NCBI GenBank assembly: GCA_040954595.2
Contig: CM082586.2
Location: forward strand, 4,595,125-4,659,124
Length of the DNA stretch: 64,000 nucleotides
Source: Balanoglossus misakiensis
Lineage: Eukaryota > Animalia > Hemichordata
Direction: 5' to 3'
A program made the translations under genes and the position numbers. Under the pieces are notes generated by a model. It searched no databases. It saw only the letters and a program-made list of their open reading frames with translations, and was not told where the DNA came from. This document shows, one piece after another, positions 12,301 to 25,576 of this stretch. Position 1 is the first letter of the stretch. Each line of letters starts with the position of its first letter.

Positions 12301-15300
12301 ACCGCTGGGCGATAACCCCAATGCTGCCCAGACTCTTTGGGAGTAATCCCCCAGGGAAAGAAATTCTACTGAGGTCAGATGATCCACCCAATGCCAGCTG
12401 CTGTTGTTCTGAAATATATTATTTTACCAGATGTGTGTTTGCCCAAAGATATTCATGGGCAAATACATTTTAGCTTTCAACCGAATAGTGATATAACACA
12501 TCCAACAAGAACCATTCCTTGATTATATTGACGTATTAAAATTTAAATTTCATGAAATTAAATGCAGCAGTAGTTTGTTAAAAATTTGACGCAAAAAATA
12601 CCTGACGCAAAAATCTTAATCAGTGCGTCAATATTGACGCATAGGAAATGGGCGATCTAGTTGTTTTTGCAATTATAAGCTGTGGCATTCATAATGACAT
12701 GCTGTACATACATGTAAAATAACGCAATTTTTGAGTCAAGGTTTTTGATGCAATTTTTTTAATGAATGCGTCAAAAGTACGCACTCAAAGAAATGTTCTG
12801 ACTTTCTGTCTCCACTCAGGAATATGCAGTCAACTGTTCAGTTATTACAGGGGAACGAATCTGGAGTCACCTGGACATATTCGCATTTGGTCATTTCGCT
12901 GGCTGGGCCTTGAAAGCATTGTTGGTGAGACATTATGGGATATGCTGGACAATCAGTGTCACCTGGGAAATAACTGAGGTTGGTGCGACAAACATTTTGC
13001 ATTTATTGAGTGTTGTCACCCAATATTCAAAATTTACCACACTGAGACCGACAACAGTAAGCTGTACATCCAGTATTCACTCCCCAAATTTACAAACATT
13101 TTCAATTAAAAGAAATGACAATACCAGTACTTGTAACTTAACTGCTCATACAGCCCTAATAACATTCTTGTCCTTTTTCATTTCAATTGAATAGGTTGCA
13201 TTTGCTCATTTGCTTCCCAACTTTGCTGAATGCTGGTGGGATCAGTTGATCCTGGATGTGTTGTTGTGCAATGGATTGGGAATCTGGTTGGGAATGGTTG
13301 TCTGTAAAAAATTAGAAATGAGCAATTTTCACTGGGAAAGCATCAAGTAAGTGGATTTGCTTGTGTCCTTAATACATCGGTCGAAAACTCACAAGTGCAC
13401 TTCTTTATTACACTCATAATATTGCCGGCATGAACACAAACATATATACATATGCAGACAAATTATCTAAAGGGATATTTCTGTATTGTACAATTTCAGA
13501 GATATTCACTCCACATCAGGAAAACTACGCCGGGCAGTTCTCCAATTCACTCCAGCCAGGTGAGTGGCGATTTTTTAACAACTCATACATTGTTATGTTC
13601 CACCTGTTTGACGGCTATTGGAGACATCATCTACTTGCTTCTAGATATTACAAAAAGGCAAAAGACAAATAATCAAATAGAGAGCATGATAATTTGCATG
13701 TATTTAGGTGTATTTCTCATTTAATTTATGACTGGCATGTCAGTATTTGCTGGAGAACTCTAAACACTAAGTTTTTGTAGTGTGCCTGCGTTTTTGACGT
13801 TTATAGGTACTGGATGTCAATTCAATAGATCATATAAACAAATTCTATGTTGGAGTCTACCTAGTTAACGTCGATACATATTTTGATCTCTCACTGTAGC
13901 TGGACACATGTAAGATGGTTAGACCCAAATTCCTCCTTCATGAGAGTAGTCGCAGTGTATATCCTTCTTGTTATGTGGCAGGTAAGATAAAACAAATTAC
14001 GGTGCCATCAACATAGCGACATTCTTGCAAGCTATAGCTTTGCTTTCACTCTATGATGTGAATGTCTTTACACTTCACATAATGTGATGTTTTATCTTGT
14101 TTTTTGACAGGTGACAGAACTGAACACATTTTTCTTGAAACATATATTATTGATACCAACTGGCCACCAATTGAATATAATTAGGATTTTTCTCATAGCA
14201 GTCATTGTAGCTCCTACTATAAGGTAACTTTTACATTTTTAAAGAAAATATCTGACGATATACCAAGTACAACAGAAAAGTTTGCTGAGCCTCAATCACT
14301 TTCCTGTACAATGTCTTAGCAGTAGACTCCATGGAAATATCCTAAGTTCAGAATGAAGAATTATAGAAGCAAACAATCACTAATACATAGTATGACAAAC
14401 TTTTGTAGAGATGGGTAACATTTGAATTTCAATTGTACCATAACCTAACTGTACATAGTCAACGGTGATAGATTAGTTTCCATACCTATTGCAGTAACAT
14501 TTCTATATCTCTCTCTTCATTCCTCATGATCACATCGCAGGCAATACTATTCATATGTCACCGATCCACGTTGTAAACGTTTAGGTACTCAATGCTGGGT
14601 ATTCTGGTGAGTTTGGGTGCATCATTCACTGCCAGTCTGTTGTGTTATCTCTCTGTGCATTATCTTTATTTGGTCATCATCAACACATTGCTAATCACGT
14701 ATAATCACATACATACAAAGAGGAGTTATCAGTCGACAATTTTCGACCTGTTCTGGAAACTGTTACGTGCATGGCTGAGTTGGAAAGCACCATGCATGCA
14801 CACTCTCGGAAACATAAACTAAGATATCGACCAAGACCCGCTTGATAACAGGGTAGAAATTTCATGAGGTACTTTCGGATGTGGTGTGTTATAAAATGGA
14901 ATACTGTTCTCTTTGTTGCTGTGACTAATGCATGTGGTGCACATTCTCTTCGACTTGGCTTGGTCTGCATGTTCTATTCTAATTAAGCTTAGTTATCATG
15001 TAAAAGAATATGCTTTGACATCATTATAGTGCCTTTGTCATAAGCATGTGCATGCTCATCAAATAAACACTACATACCACACTCCATACAGAGTACATAT
15101 GTACTATACGAGTCTGTGTCTGCTGTAAAAATGAAGTTATCTTCGTATAACTCATAAAAATTCTACACAGACACAGATGAGCAGGGCACTTGATTCTCAT
15201 AACCCTTTAGTTTCAATTATGTGCTTGACTAGTGTAGCCTTTATAAGAAAGGTGAGAACACAATAGTTGTATTACAGTTCCATTGGACAACCATTTCTTC

Positions 15301-16256
15301 TTTAAATTGATGGGTATAAACTTATTGACTGTAATCAGTAACAAAAAATAACCCAAACAAGTTAATTCGCACTATAACACTATATAGATGGATTACATTG
15401 GTCTCTGTTGCAGGAATTAACTCCATAGCACTGCCAAGACAGCCACATAGTTTAATCCATCACTTTGCCATTAACCCATTAAGTCCCTTTCTTCTTTCTC
15501 AGTGCAATAACTCTGATGGAAGCTTTAATATGTGTCAAGTTTGGACTTGAGTTGTTTGCTCACACAGTACTAACAAATGTGATTCTGTGGCTGGTTTTCC
15601 AGGTGAGACTTTCTTTGCGTGGTCTTTGGTAGCTTTACTCCTGTCTTGACTTACTTAACAACTGTCTGCTCATTGCTCTATGGTTCAGCTGTGTGGCTTT
15701 AAGTTGTAGTTTCTAAGGCTTTGAAGCTCTGAATTAGTCCCATGATTTTCCACTTAATTTCATTTGCTTGTCTTCTCAGATGATGATCTGCAGTGTCTGC
15801 CTATACTTTATGGTGCTTGTTGCAAGGAAATCAAATCCAAAGGTAAATCCGTCATAATTCTCTCAGATCTGACTCTTCCACCTTCCATGAGATAAAGTAT
15901 AACTTTATGATATGATGATACAGGACCTGGTAATTAGCTTACCTTGAATGATATTGATTATTGGACCTGATTTGATGTCTTTTTGCTGTCCGTCTCATAC
16001 CATGTGTCATTTTCTTCCTGAGTGAGGCCAACACAAATAACTTTTGTGACGTTTCCATTCATAGGTTGTACTCTCTCCTCAAAATGGATGCGATGATCGA
16101 TTAAGGCAGTGGATTCAAACCCATAGCATCTATAACAACACTGGTTACCACGGCAGTGCTGTGAGAGAGAACAGTCACTCTGAACTGAGAAATGGACAGG
16201 CTAACATCTTTCGGATGAGACGACGCAACCGATTGGAAAAGAATGATGGAATGTAG
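3603..16256 (+). CDS. PTDSS1: Phosphatidylserine synthase 1, 13 coding exons, ~470 aa
   Basis: Exons: 3603-3769, 5907-6001, 10038-10082, 10256-10374, 12820-12978, 13195-13346, 13500-13559, 13900-13981, 14111-14223, 14541-14606, 15503-15602, 15780-15842, 16065-16256 (1413 nt, in frame, all GT-AG). Motifs [96 protein letters not shown]. Candidate AATAAA at ~18480. Confidence 0.95.
6086..6322. repeat. (CAT)n microsatellite, ~235 bp
   Basis: Near-pure CAT repeats with few interruptions, ~85 nt into PTDSS1 intron 2. Confidence 0.98.
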
Positions 16257-16495
16257 AAAATGTCCCCCCAACCTGTTCTATGAATAGGCTTTTTTTAAAC
16301 AATATAATTCTACTATCTATCCTGAGGCATTTGTGCAATCATCATTTTCAACATTTCTCAAATTTCATGTCTGTTGTTTCTTCTCTACAATTTCTCAACT
16401 TTCAAGTAAATTAACAGTTGTTTGTCTTAAATCTAAATGTTGAGATCACAAAAATGCTATATTTTGTTTCAGCATGGCACAGGGTAAAATACGTC

Positions 16496-16691
16496 ATAAA
16501 GGTATACGGTCACCTATGCAAATTTAGCCTTAAATGCCATGGAAAGTTGAGATCGAGCCAATCACATATTTTAACTTGAGGTGACCATGCACAAACATTA
16601 CACCACCATATATACTCATTAGGAAACTTCAGCATGTCTTTTGTCTACAAGGTGGCACATGGTACATTAGGGGTGATTGTTTCCCTTTTAA
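16496..16691. mobile_element. Possible degenerate Kolobok/T2-like MITE in the PTDSS1 3'UTR
   Basis: Left end TAAAGGTATACGGTCACC. The right end GGTGATTGTTTCCCTTTTAA is an imperfect inverted match. Confidence 0.35.
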
Positions 16692-19600
16692 GTATTAAAA
16701 TATGAGGCTAAAAAATATTACCACTCTCCACCATCAAACAGGGTAAAGCCACTTAGTTTTGACATCACACATTAATTTCTTATCCTTAACAGAAATAGCT
16801 TTCAATTTTACATGACTTATTATATGCTTAACATGAACTCTTTAAATTACATACTAAACTTTTTACACGAAAACACATGTGGGTAAGTTAACTGTTTATG
16901 CTTTTTAGCATAATTTATTCAGATTAAGGACAGATAGGCTGATATGAACTTTGCTTTGTTACTTAATATTCAAATTTCAATGAGAATACATTTTCTTACA
17001 TTTTATATTGTTATTGGGTGTGCAAATGACAGGATAGGCACTCTACTTAAACATTTCCACTTGCTAAATGCAACTATCTAGTTGTAAAGGTACTTATATA
17101 CATATACCTACTGCCATAACCTATGGTGTGCTATCGTAACAGTGCATAGTGGTACTGGTATAATTTGAATAGTACATATGGGTACATCTGCTTGACAGAG
17201 AGCATCTATAACGTGACTGATTTTGTTGCAGTGTTATTTCAGCAACGCACATTTCCATTGATATTGTGGTGCTTCTCTTAAATGACATGAAATTGGATTT
17301 AGCCTACAAAGGTATAAAATAGTAGGGTTATACACATGGAGTCTGGCTGCGCGAATGACATTGGGATGAGTTTACACCTAACTTGCTTTATAGCTGCCAT
17401 ATTTTGTTAGTCGCCCTATAATATCCTTGAGTGATTTGCAAACTCTTGCTGACAAAAGTTTATTGCAACTGCATGGTCAGTTTCCTTGCTGGCTGTTTGT
17501 AAATTGAAAGGGGCCATGATTTAGATATAAATAATAAATGGTGTTATTTTCTCATGCCCCAAAGTGCATGCAACTCAAAGAGTACATTTAAATTTGCAGA
17601 GGCTTAATAATAATTTAACAGTTCATCTAACTAGAACTTATCTCTAACATTAACAACACAATTTAGGTGCTATCATATAATTAAATATGTGGTAAGAATG
17701 ATTAAACCCCCTGAAGAACTTAAAATTTTTTAGCTTCTAATTTGTATACAAGTATGTATATAAATTCCAGTGGTACGACAAGGGATCAGTAAGTGTATAT
17801 GTGGGCCTATATGCATACATGCCATCTGCAAAACTTTGAACCATGACTAGATGTCTCTGTGTTGTGTAGATGTGTGCGTGACTGTACTGCAAATGGCATG
17901 CTATTTTGTACAAATAATGTAATATCACTATCTAGGTATGCATGACAATGGTTTGCATCGTTTCCGAGGGAGGGGGGGGGGGGTGTTCTTACTTTTTCAA
18001 AATGGCAATATTGATCTCTCTTGGACAATTTGTCATTCTCACTAAAATTTGTCTTTAGCGACTTTGCACTTTTGTTAAATTTATTCGTCAATTACCTCAT
18101 AAAAACAGTCCTAATAACAACATGGTCTGACAGTGACAAGAGGCTGATTTTTTTTTACACACAATATTCTATAATTTCACTACAGTTTCCTTGCTTACAA
18201 GGAAAAAAAACAAAGTTACTTCAATTTTGAGAATTGCGCAGTATTAACAGTAATACTGTGTGTACATTGTGTATTTTGATATTTACTTTAATTTTGCTGG
18301 ATCAAGTACTTTAGTGGGTGTTGCAATATGTGTAAAGTTCAAAATTACACAGTATTATTGAGTGATTTGTGAATGTGCTAAATTATGTGTTATTTATTGT
18401 ATTATTTATTTTATTTAATAGTTGTGATGTTATAAAGAGCATCATCCAACTTTTTGTTTTACTCTTTTCTGAAGTATTCAATAAACTCATTCCATTCAGA
18501 TCTTTGCTTCTTTGTGTCAGGGGTCCGTTCAGAGCTGTCTTGTGATATGTTTAAAAAAATTTTTTAACAATGTACATGTGGGGAAAGTCCTCAACAATCT
18601 CCAATTTTACACATTTGTAACTGTAATCAATGTTAAGATAAATGTACTGAAAATGTACCTGATGGTATAAAATTATGCGGCAGCTAGTACTAGCACCACC
18701 TGATGGAAATTGCTTTTGACACAGTGCAAGACTTACCCTATGTGATGTCATGACTTCACTGTCAGAATTTCCAACTTGCCACGTATATAGTCCTTATGTA
18801 ATTTAGCAAATGGTGCATATCTAAGACTAATCAACAGAGACCAGGTTGAATGCACATAATTATGGATGATGCACGTAAGCTTAGATTGTGGAATACAATA
18901 CAAGATGCGATGTTTCACTTACAGTAAAACATCGGACCATTAACCTACATTAATATTCTGAACTTCTATAATTCTTTGCAATCGCGATCGCTTGTTTCTT
19001 CGGGTCCACGCCAAGATTTTGAAGATGCTGTCCGCGCCAAAACTGTGGAGCATGCGGTGGTCACATGATATGAAACTTCCGGTTATACTCAAGGTGGCGC
19101 TGTTGGCTATTGTTGTGGGTTCCATTCCGTCCACCCTTTCCATCGCACGTGAATCCATGACATTGATCGCATCGTAATTTTCAGTTTTACATAATAGAAA
19201 ATTGGGATCGAACTATTTTCTTATATCGTAGTCTTCTCACACAATGCCCGCGATCGACATAGAACATCCGATGGAACGATTTGCAGCGTTCCTTGTTGCC
19301 AAGCAATACGTGAAGATGTTCGAAATTTTCCAAAGTAAAACATAAAAATTGACATGGACAGTAGCCGACGACTGTCAGGCGATGATTGTTTCAACTGCCT
19401 CGTGTTCGCGATCATCGCAACGTGTAGGCTTGTTGTTTTAGCGGCAGACGTATGTTTGATAATATTTGCAGGATTTGCCGGTACGTGGAACAGCTTGCCA
19501 AGTTGCTCGGTTTCCCTAGAATTGTTGATCGAATCACAATTACAAGTTGACTGTTTACAGTCAGAAGAAAGTGCTAGGCCCCTAGATATTTTTTGAAATC

Positions 19601-21620
19601 TCGTTTGCTCACAGGTTTAATGTGTACAGATGGATAGAGTGGGAGAAGTTCAGAAATGCATATGGATATGTATAGACAAAGTGTGCCGAAAAATGATACG
19701 ACAATTTATTGCACAATAAGAGAATTCTAAAATTTGCCATATCTTACTTTCGTGAAGAAATTTACCCTCGGATTCTTTTCTCTGTACTCCCCAGGATCGG
19801 TCATAAATCTCGTGAGCGATTATTTTAACTTTTTAAACCGTTTGGTCAGCAATACCATACACGGAATTGTCAGTGTGTTTGGTCGGAAGGTGATAAGTTG
19901 GTCGCTTGACAGAGGTAAGCCTAAGAAATGCGATGAACGAGAGATAATGAAAGCCCAGAGTTGTTTTATTTTATGATGTCTTGTTTTCTTCTTCACGGTG
20001 TAGGCCTACGTGCTGCAATATTGGTCAACATTTATGTAATTTTTTGTCCTCGAGCTTATTTATTTCGTTTTTGTCTTTTTTTTGGTCCCAGGCTCGGATG
20101 AAATTTCGCCAGCTTCTTTTGTAACCACATCATAGTGGTACGTGAGACTGGCCAATTTGACGATGCTGGATCAACGCACGAGCCATTGTTCCATGGTAGC
20201 GTGACCGTTCGCGAAAAACAAACAAAAACAAAAACACACGCACTAATATTTTTTTCAAAGATTGTGATTGTTATGACAGTAGAATAAATAGAATGGTATT
20301 ACAAGGTTATTGGTATTTTATTGTGCGTTTTACTTTCGTGCCATTGAGCAAATTGTCCACCGTGTTCGGTGTTTTTTTTCTCTCTCTCTCTGGTGAGAAA
20401 AACTATACTTCAATCCGCCGCACACGAGAGAAAATAGCTGCACTAACAAACAATATATATGTTATGAACACGCCCGTACAATGCTAGATTGGTTCGCACG
20501 TGTTTGTAGGCGACAAAGTTTCCAATGGAATGGCAAAAAATTGAGATCATTCCTGACATGCGCGGACGGCGCAAGCTGCTGTTGGGAATTTTTAACGTCG
20601 CCACCAACGGCAGGTACATGGCAAATAGCACAGTAGAAACGTACGTGGACCCTGTATGCACACAGTATTGGACGTTTTAATCACGTGTGCAATTCAACTA
20701 TTTAATGTCACTCAGTATACGATAAGAAGTCTAATGAAATTTTACCCTGAAATGTGAAAGACTACCAAAAGGTTAAAGCTTGTGATGGACAATTACCCAT
20801 AAGATCATCTTCATAATACAAAGTGAATGCAATAGACTCGTCAACTGATTATCAAAGTGTTAATTTAATTAAAACAATCAATATTACATACCTCCCTACA
20901 AAACTAAATCCAATACAAAAAATACATATATCTTTAATCACAAGATTTACAAATTACTAGTACCAAAAAATTTACACCCTCGGGATAAAAAATGTACCAA
21001 AGTTAATGTTTCATGTTAGTAGTGATATTTTGATATAAATATTTGTTAAAAACTCTACCAGAAGGATACTTTTAACTACAGTAATGGGTAGCGGTCATTT
21101 CCTGGTATATAGTAGAAAAATCTCATTGAATACTATGCAAGCCAGATGAAAGTTCTGTAAAACAATTCTCTACCTGATAAACATTCATTCTAGCATTCAG
21201 GTTTGGTGAACCTTGTTTGTAGTGAATCCTATATAAACTGGAAACCTCTCCATAGTACATGTAAATAACATTCCCAGCCAACACGTTTTATACAGATTCA
21301 GCCCATGTGTTGTGTTTGCACAGACCTTTGCTGGCATAATCAATATTGCTGTGTATGTACTGGTTTACTCACTGTCTGCTTTCCAGCCATAGTCACTACA
21401 TGTATACAAAGGAAATGGAAGACCTGATCATATAAAATGAAAGCCCACTCCCCCTACCCCCAACACACATATACAAGTAAAAGGAATGCTTCAAGTCAGC
21501 TTGGACTGGATGCAAATATTCAGCCGTATTATTCACACCAAGTTGTACACTATTTATCCGCTAAAATACACATGTTTATCCGTTTCACGACACTATAAGA
21601 AATTCATGATTATTGCTCAG

Positions 21621-24600
21621 TCATTCGTGTTTCATCTCAATCTGTTTCTCGTCTACAGCCCCGTAGCTGTCGACATTAGTCAGCTCTCTGCCGGTGTCGT
21701 CCTCTTCCTCACCCCCTTTCGGCGCTTTGTACGTCAGCAGCGCCAGCGCGAAGAACAGCAGGGAGAGGAGCTTGAATCCGGCGGACACAAAGAGCAGGTA
21801 GAGACTCATCTGGGGGTTGTTGTACTGCCAGCAGGTTCCCATCTCCCCGCAGTTCTCATCCCACAACAGACAAGTCCGATCAATGACAGCGCCAAACGTA
21901 ATGGGGCCCGGGATACTGCCTGTTGATACAAAACACAGGAATGTAATGTAAAATACGTACAATTCAGAAGAGATACACTGTATGTATACCGGTAATATCT
22001 ATGTACATGTAGTATGATTTGTCTCAAATTCCCACTTACCTAAGACTCTGATAACAATCCATTGCAAACCCAGTGCAAATGACCTCTGTGAGAAAGGAAC
22101 ACATCTACAAGTAAAAGGGGGAAAGTAGACCAATCTGTTAATCTGTTCAGTCTGGGTTCAGCTCACAGGGCTTTAGCTTCTAAACTTTGTATCTGGATGG
22201 GATATACAGTCAAACCTGTGTTAGTGACCACCTCTATATAGTGACCACCTCTATATAGTGGCCACTTAGTTACAGTCCCTGTACAATTTACATGTGTATA
22301 AATTAACCTGTCTATAAAGACCACCTGTCGATAAAGGCCAGTTTGGTAAAGTCCCTTGACTGGTCACTATAGACAGGTTTGACTGTACATGCATGGTAAT
22401 GCTCGGGTGTTTTAACCCATTCACCCCCCATTTCCCCGTAGATGGATCGACCCGTAACACTGAAAACAATAGGGTTGGACCAATCTCATGAAAATGTTGT
22501 GGTGCGAGGGCTCGCACTCCATGCTCAGAACCTACCTCAATGTGGCTGTCAGTGCCGGCACCCCAGCCAGGAATGTGAACATGATTGCTATAAAGAAAAC
22601 GGCCAGAAAGACAGGTTCGAAGGCACCGCAATTGCTGGCACATTTGCCGGCGACGGCCGTGGTTGAATTTGCAAAGATTTCATCTGTTTCTGGAATGCAC
22701 GAGCAGTGACTGTACCCCTGTGAATGGAAATAGTACAAACAATTAGTCTTGATTTGTTTATCGTCATGTATGTCCTTCATTAGCATTAACTAGTATATAT
22801 GAATCTTTTAGGTTTTCACTTCAACATTTAAAGCTATCAACATGGTTTGCAGTTGTGGCAGCATGTTTTCTTAAGATGATAAATTTGGTTAAAATCTGAC
22901 ACTTGGAGGCTTGGGGACTTAAATGTGTGGCAAAAGGGTTTTGAAATGGTTCAAAGAAAACAAATTCAACCATGCTTACCGTGGTACCCCCATTATCAAC
23001 TCTATGTGTACACCCTGCATGGCAGGCAGAGTAGTACATCATATCATCCGCACCACACACTGGGTCATACATGGACAAGCAGTGACAATTTGCATTGCAA
23101 CCACTGGTGATGTTGGTCCCCTCTAACGTTCTGAAAAAAAAAATCATGAATAATTCTGATCATGTTTTGATTCTCTACAAACATCTACAATTAAGTTAGT
23201 GGAGGTCATTTGTGATAGATACTTCCAGAGTACGACACTCTGATTTTGGAGAAGACAATTATACATTGTATGAATTCCTTTTCATGTTTTTCCCCTGGCT
23301 GAGACATTTTATATTGTAATCTTGAATATTTATCAGCTATTTCTATTTAATTCCCCTTAATATATGGAGTTAAATCCTTCTCGATCTTCACACACTTTGA
23401 CATCATGAAAAAATGAAATGTTTGGGGGCTGTAACTTTGCTGAAGGTAAATTACACTTACTTGTTAGAGTATGGTTCTGTAATACCAGCAAAGGACGGGT
23501 TTGAACACGTCACTAAGACACACGCACAGCTTAGAAACGAGATGAAGACAGTCACCAGACAATACTTGATGATGCCCCTGACCTTGAGATCAAACTTCTT
23601 GACGAGAATACCGCCTCCCAGGGTACCAAGAAAGCCACCGGGTACAACGACGAGACCTAAAATACAAAGAGCAGTGAATTATGAGAAGTGATATTAAATG
23701 GCAAATTTCTTTGATCAGTCAGTCAGAGTGGATTTCTAGCTATGTCTGCCAGAACCGGTCTTACCTACAAGGGTCGCGGCCCACGACGATGTCTGACTGA
23801 ACTGAGATTCCACAAACTTCGGCCCAAACGTCGAAAACCCCGTCGTGATAAAAGCTTCCGAAGCGCCGGCCAAGTTCAGGAACATGAACGGGGCGTTGCA
23901 CATCAAGACGGCAAAGGCGGTCGGCATGTCCTTCAGCGTGGTGCCGAAACCTGGTTTGGAGGCGCGGTCGTCGCCGCCTTTGTGCGTCTCGACTTCACGC
24001 TGGATTTTATCTGAACCTGCAATGGATGGCAAGACGTTTGTGGTTAAATAACATTTCTTTGAATCATTTAAATTGCACTGGTTTTGAAGGTAGTGGGTTT
24101 ATAATTGAGGGCGATTTCTTACCTGGCAACTGTTTGGGGTAACCAAGCAACGGTATACAAGTGCTCCATGCCAACACTCCGGCCAAGATAAAACCTATCC
24201 ACCAAGCACCGACCCATAACGGACTATCCACAGTAATACCTAAACTGTGTAGTATAGAAAAAAGGGGAGTCACTGAATGTACATGTACAAGTGCAGTAAT
24301 GTGTTGATTTGATGTAAATACACACATGAAATGGCTTTGTTTAATACAAAAAAATTGATGGTCCAGTTGACTACATTATCAAATATTAACATACTATTCA
24401 ATATGGCAAGTTATAAAGTGCATTCTCTTTGCTAATTATGGACACAACAGTCAATATTATGTAACACCAGTTCTGATTTCATTTAATGTACTATAATGGA
24501 ATTTAAAATTCAATGAACTGTTTTGAATAACATCTATCCTCAAAGGCCGTATTTTAGAATTACTGAGATAAAAACTCACCTATTGGTATCAACTTGCCCA

Positions 24601-25576
24601 ATGTCTGTGTAAATATTCAGAAACTGCCCACCCAAAAGGTAACCCACGGCTGGTCCTATTAATGATGTACTGTAAAAAACACCTGACAGTGACAAATCGC
24701 AAAAAAATGCATGTTTATTTGATTGGAAATTTAACAGCAGCAAAACATGTTCTGTTTTGGCTAATTTGCATAATAATGAATATTATTATAATAAAAATGT
24801 CTGTAAATGTAAAGTTTCAGGGAAATATTACCTATATAAACAGAAGCCATTTTGACAGAAACATTTTCATCCAGATAGGTAACACCCAGTGTATATAGCG
24901 GGGCAGCGCCAACCCCATGCAGCAATTGTCCAAGTATGAACACGCCTAAGTACGTCGATAACCCGGACTCTTCCTCCTTGCATTCTTCCAACGTCCGATT
25001 TTCGTTGCAGACATCGATCATGTCCGATTCGAACTTGTACGTCCCGGTGGTGAAATGCGGCAGCATGAAGACGAAGGACCCCAGCCCCATGATGAAGGCG
25101 CCGACGCCCAGAAACCGGGGCTTGTTGCCCTGGCCGCCGTAGTACGTGACGAAGACGAGCAGCACCACGATGGAGATGTCGTAGCTGCTGGCGATCAGGC
25201 CCGTGTTGACGCTGGGCAGGTTGAAGCGGCGCTCCAGGCTGGTGATGACCACGTTGACGAAGCCGTTCACCACCATGCCCTGGGTGATGGCCAAGACGCA
25301 CAGGAAGACGAGGACGCCCTTGGCGCTGTTGCAGGCCTGGACGCAAGACGGCTTCCAGCCTCCCCACCCGCACCGGTGATCCTCCTCCGACCCCTCCTCC
25401 TTCAGACCGCCTCCCAGCGCCGCTCTCTCACCAGAAGCATCGTCTCCAACATCATGTACATTGTTTCCCTCAACATCAGCTTGTGTACCACCATTGTCAT
25501 TCCCCATCACTGTCGGACCAGTCATTGTACCTTCCGATAACATCTTCTTGTCCTCCGAGTTCCCAACACCTGACAT
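21621..25576 (-). CDS. Organic anion transporting polypeptide, SLCO4A1/OATP4-like, 9 coding exons, ~704 aa
   Basis: Exons on minus: 25576-24832, 24682-24580, 24244-24123, 24016-23765, 23656-23461, 23130-22980, 22717-22536, 22104-22040, 21919-21621 (2115 nt, in frame). Contains [29 protein letters not shown], the OATP signature [13 protein letters not shown], the Kazal-like loop [27 protein letters not shown], and [20 protein letters not shown]. Probable 5'UTR exon donor at ~28186. Confidence 0.93.
22205..22387. mobile_element. Tc1/mariner (pogo/Tigger-like) MITE
   Basis: TA-CAGTCAAACCTGT...ACAGGTTTGACTG-TA perfect termini with TA duplication. Internal tandem AGTGACCACCTCTATAT units. A partial related copy begins CAGTCAAACCTG at ~41550. 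Confidence 0.75.
22412..22512. mobile_element. Diverged piggyBac-like MITE copy, opposite orientation
   Basis: TTAACCCATTCACCCCC...GAAAACAATAGGGTTGGAC...CATG aligns to the reverse complement of the 37442 element. Confidence 0.6.

Noticed and set aside
18940-19600. Short ORFs on both strands in the intergenic block
   Set aside because: No recognisable motif, no consistent splice structure, and stops in all extended frames.
22224-22265. Regularly repeated AGTGACCACCTCTATAT units that look array-like
   Set aside because: Internal repeats of a TA-flanked MITE with no spacers; not a CRISPR array, and the genome is eukaryotic.
24867-25540. Long alternative-frame and antisense ORFs over SLCO exon 2 (similar ones over PI4KB, SLFNL1 and TRIM exons)
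   Set aside because: Shadow ORFs expected from high GC3 and few stop codons; no recognisable domains.
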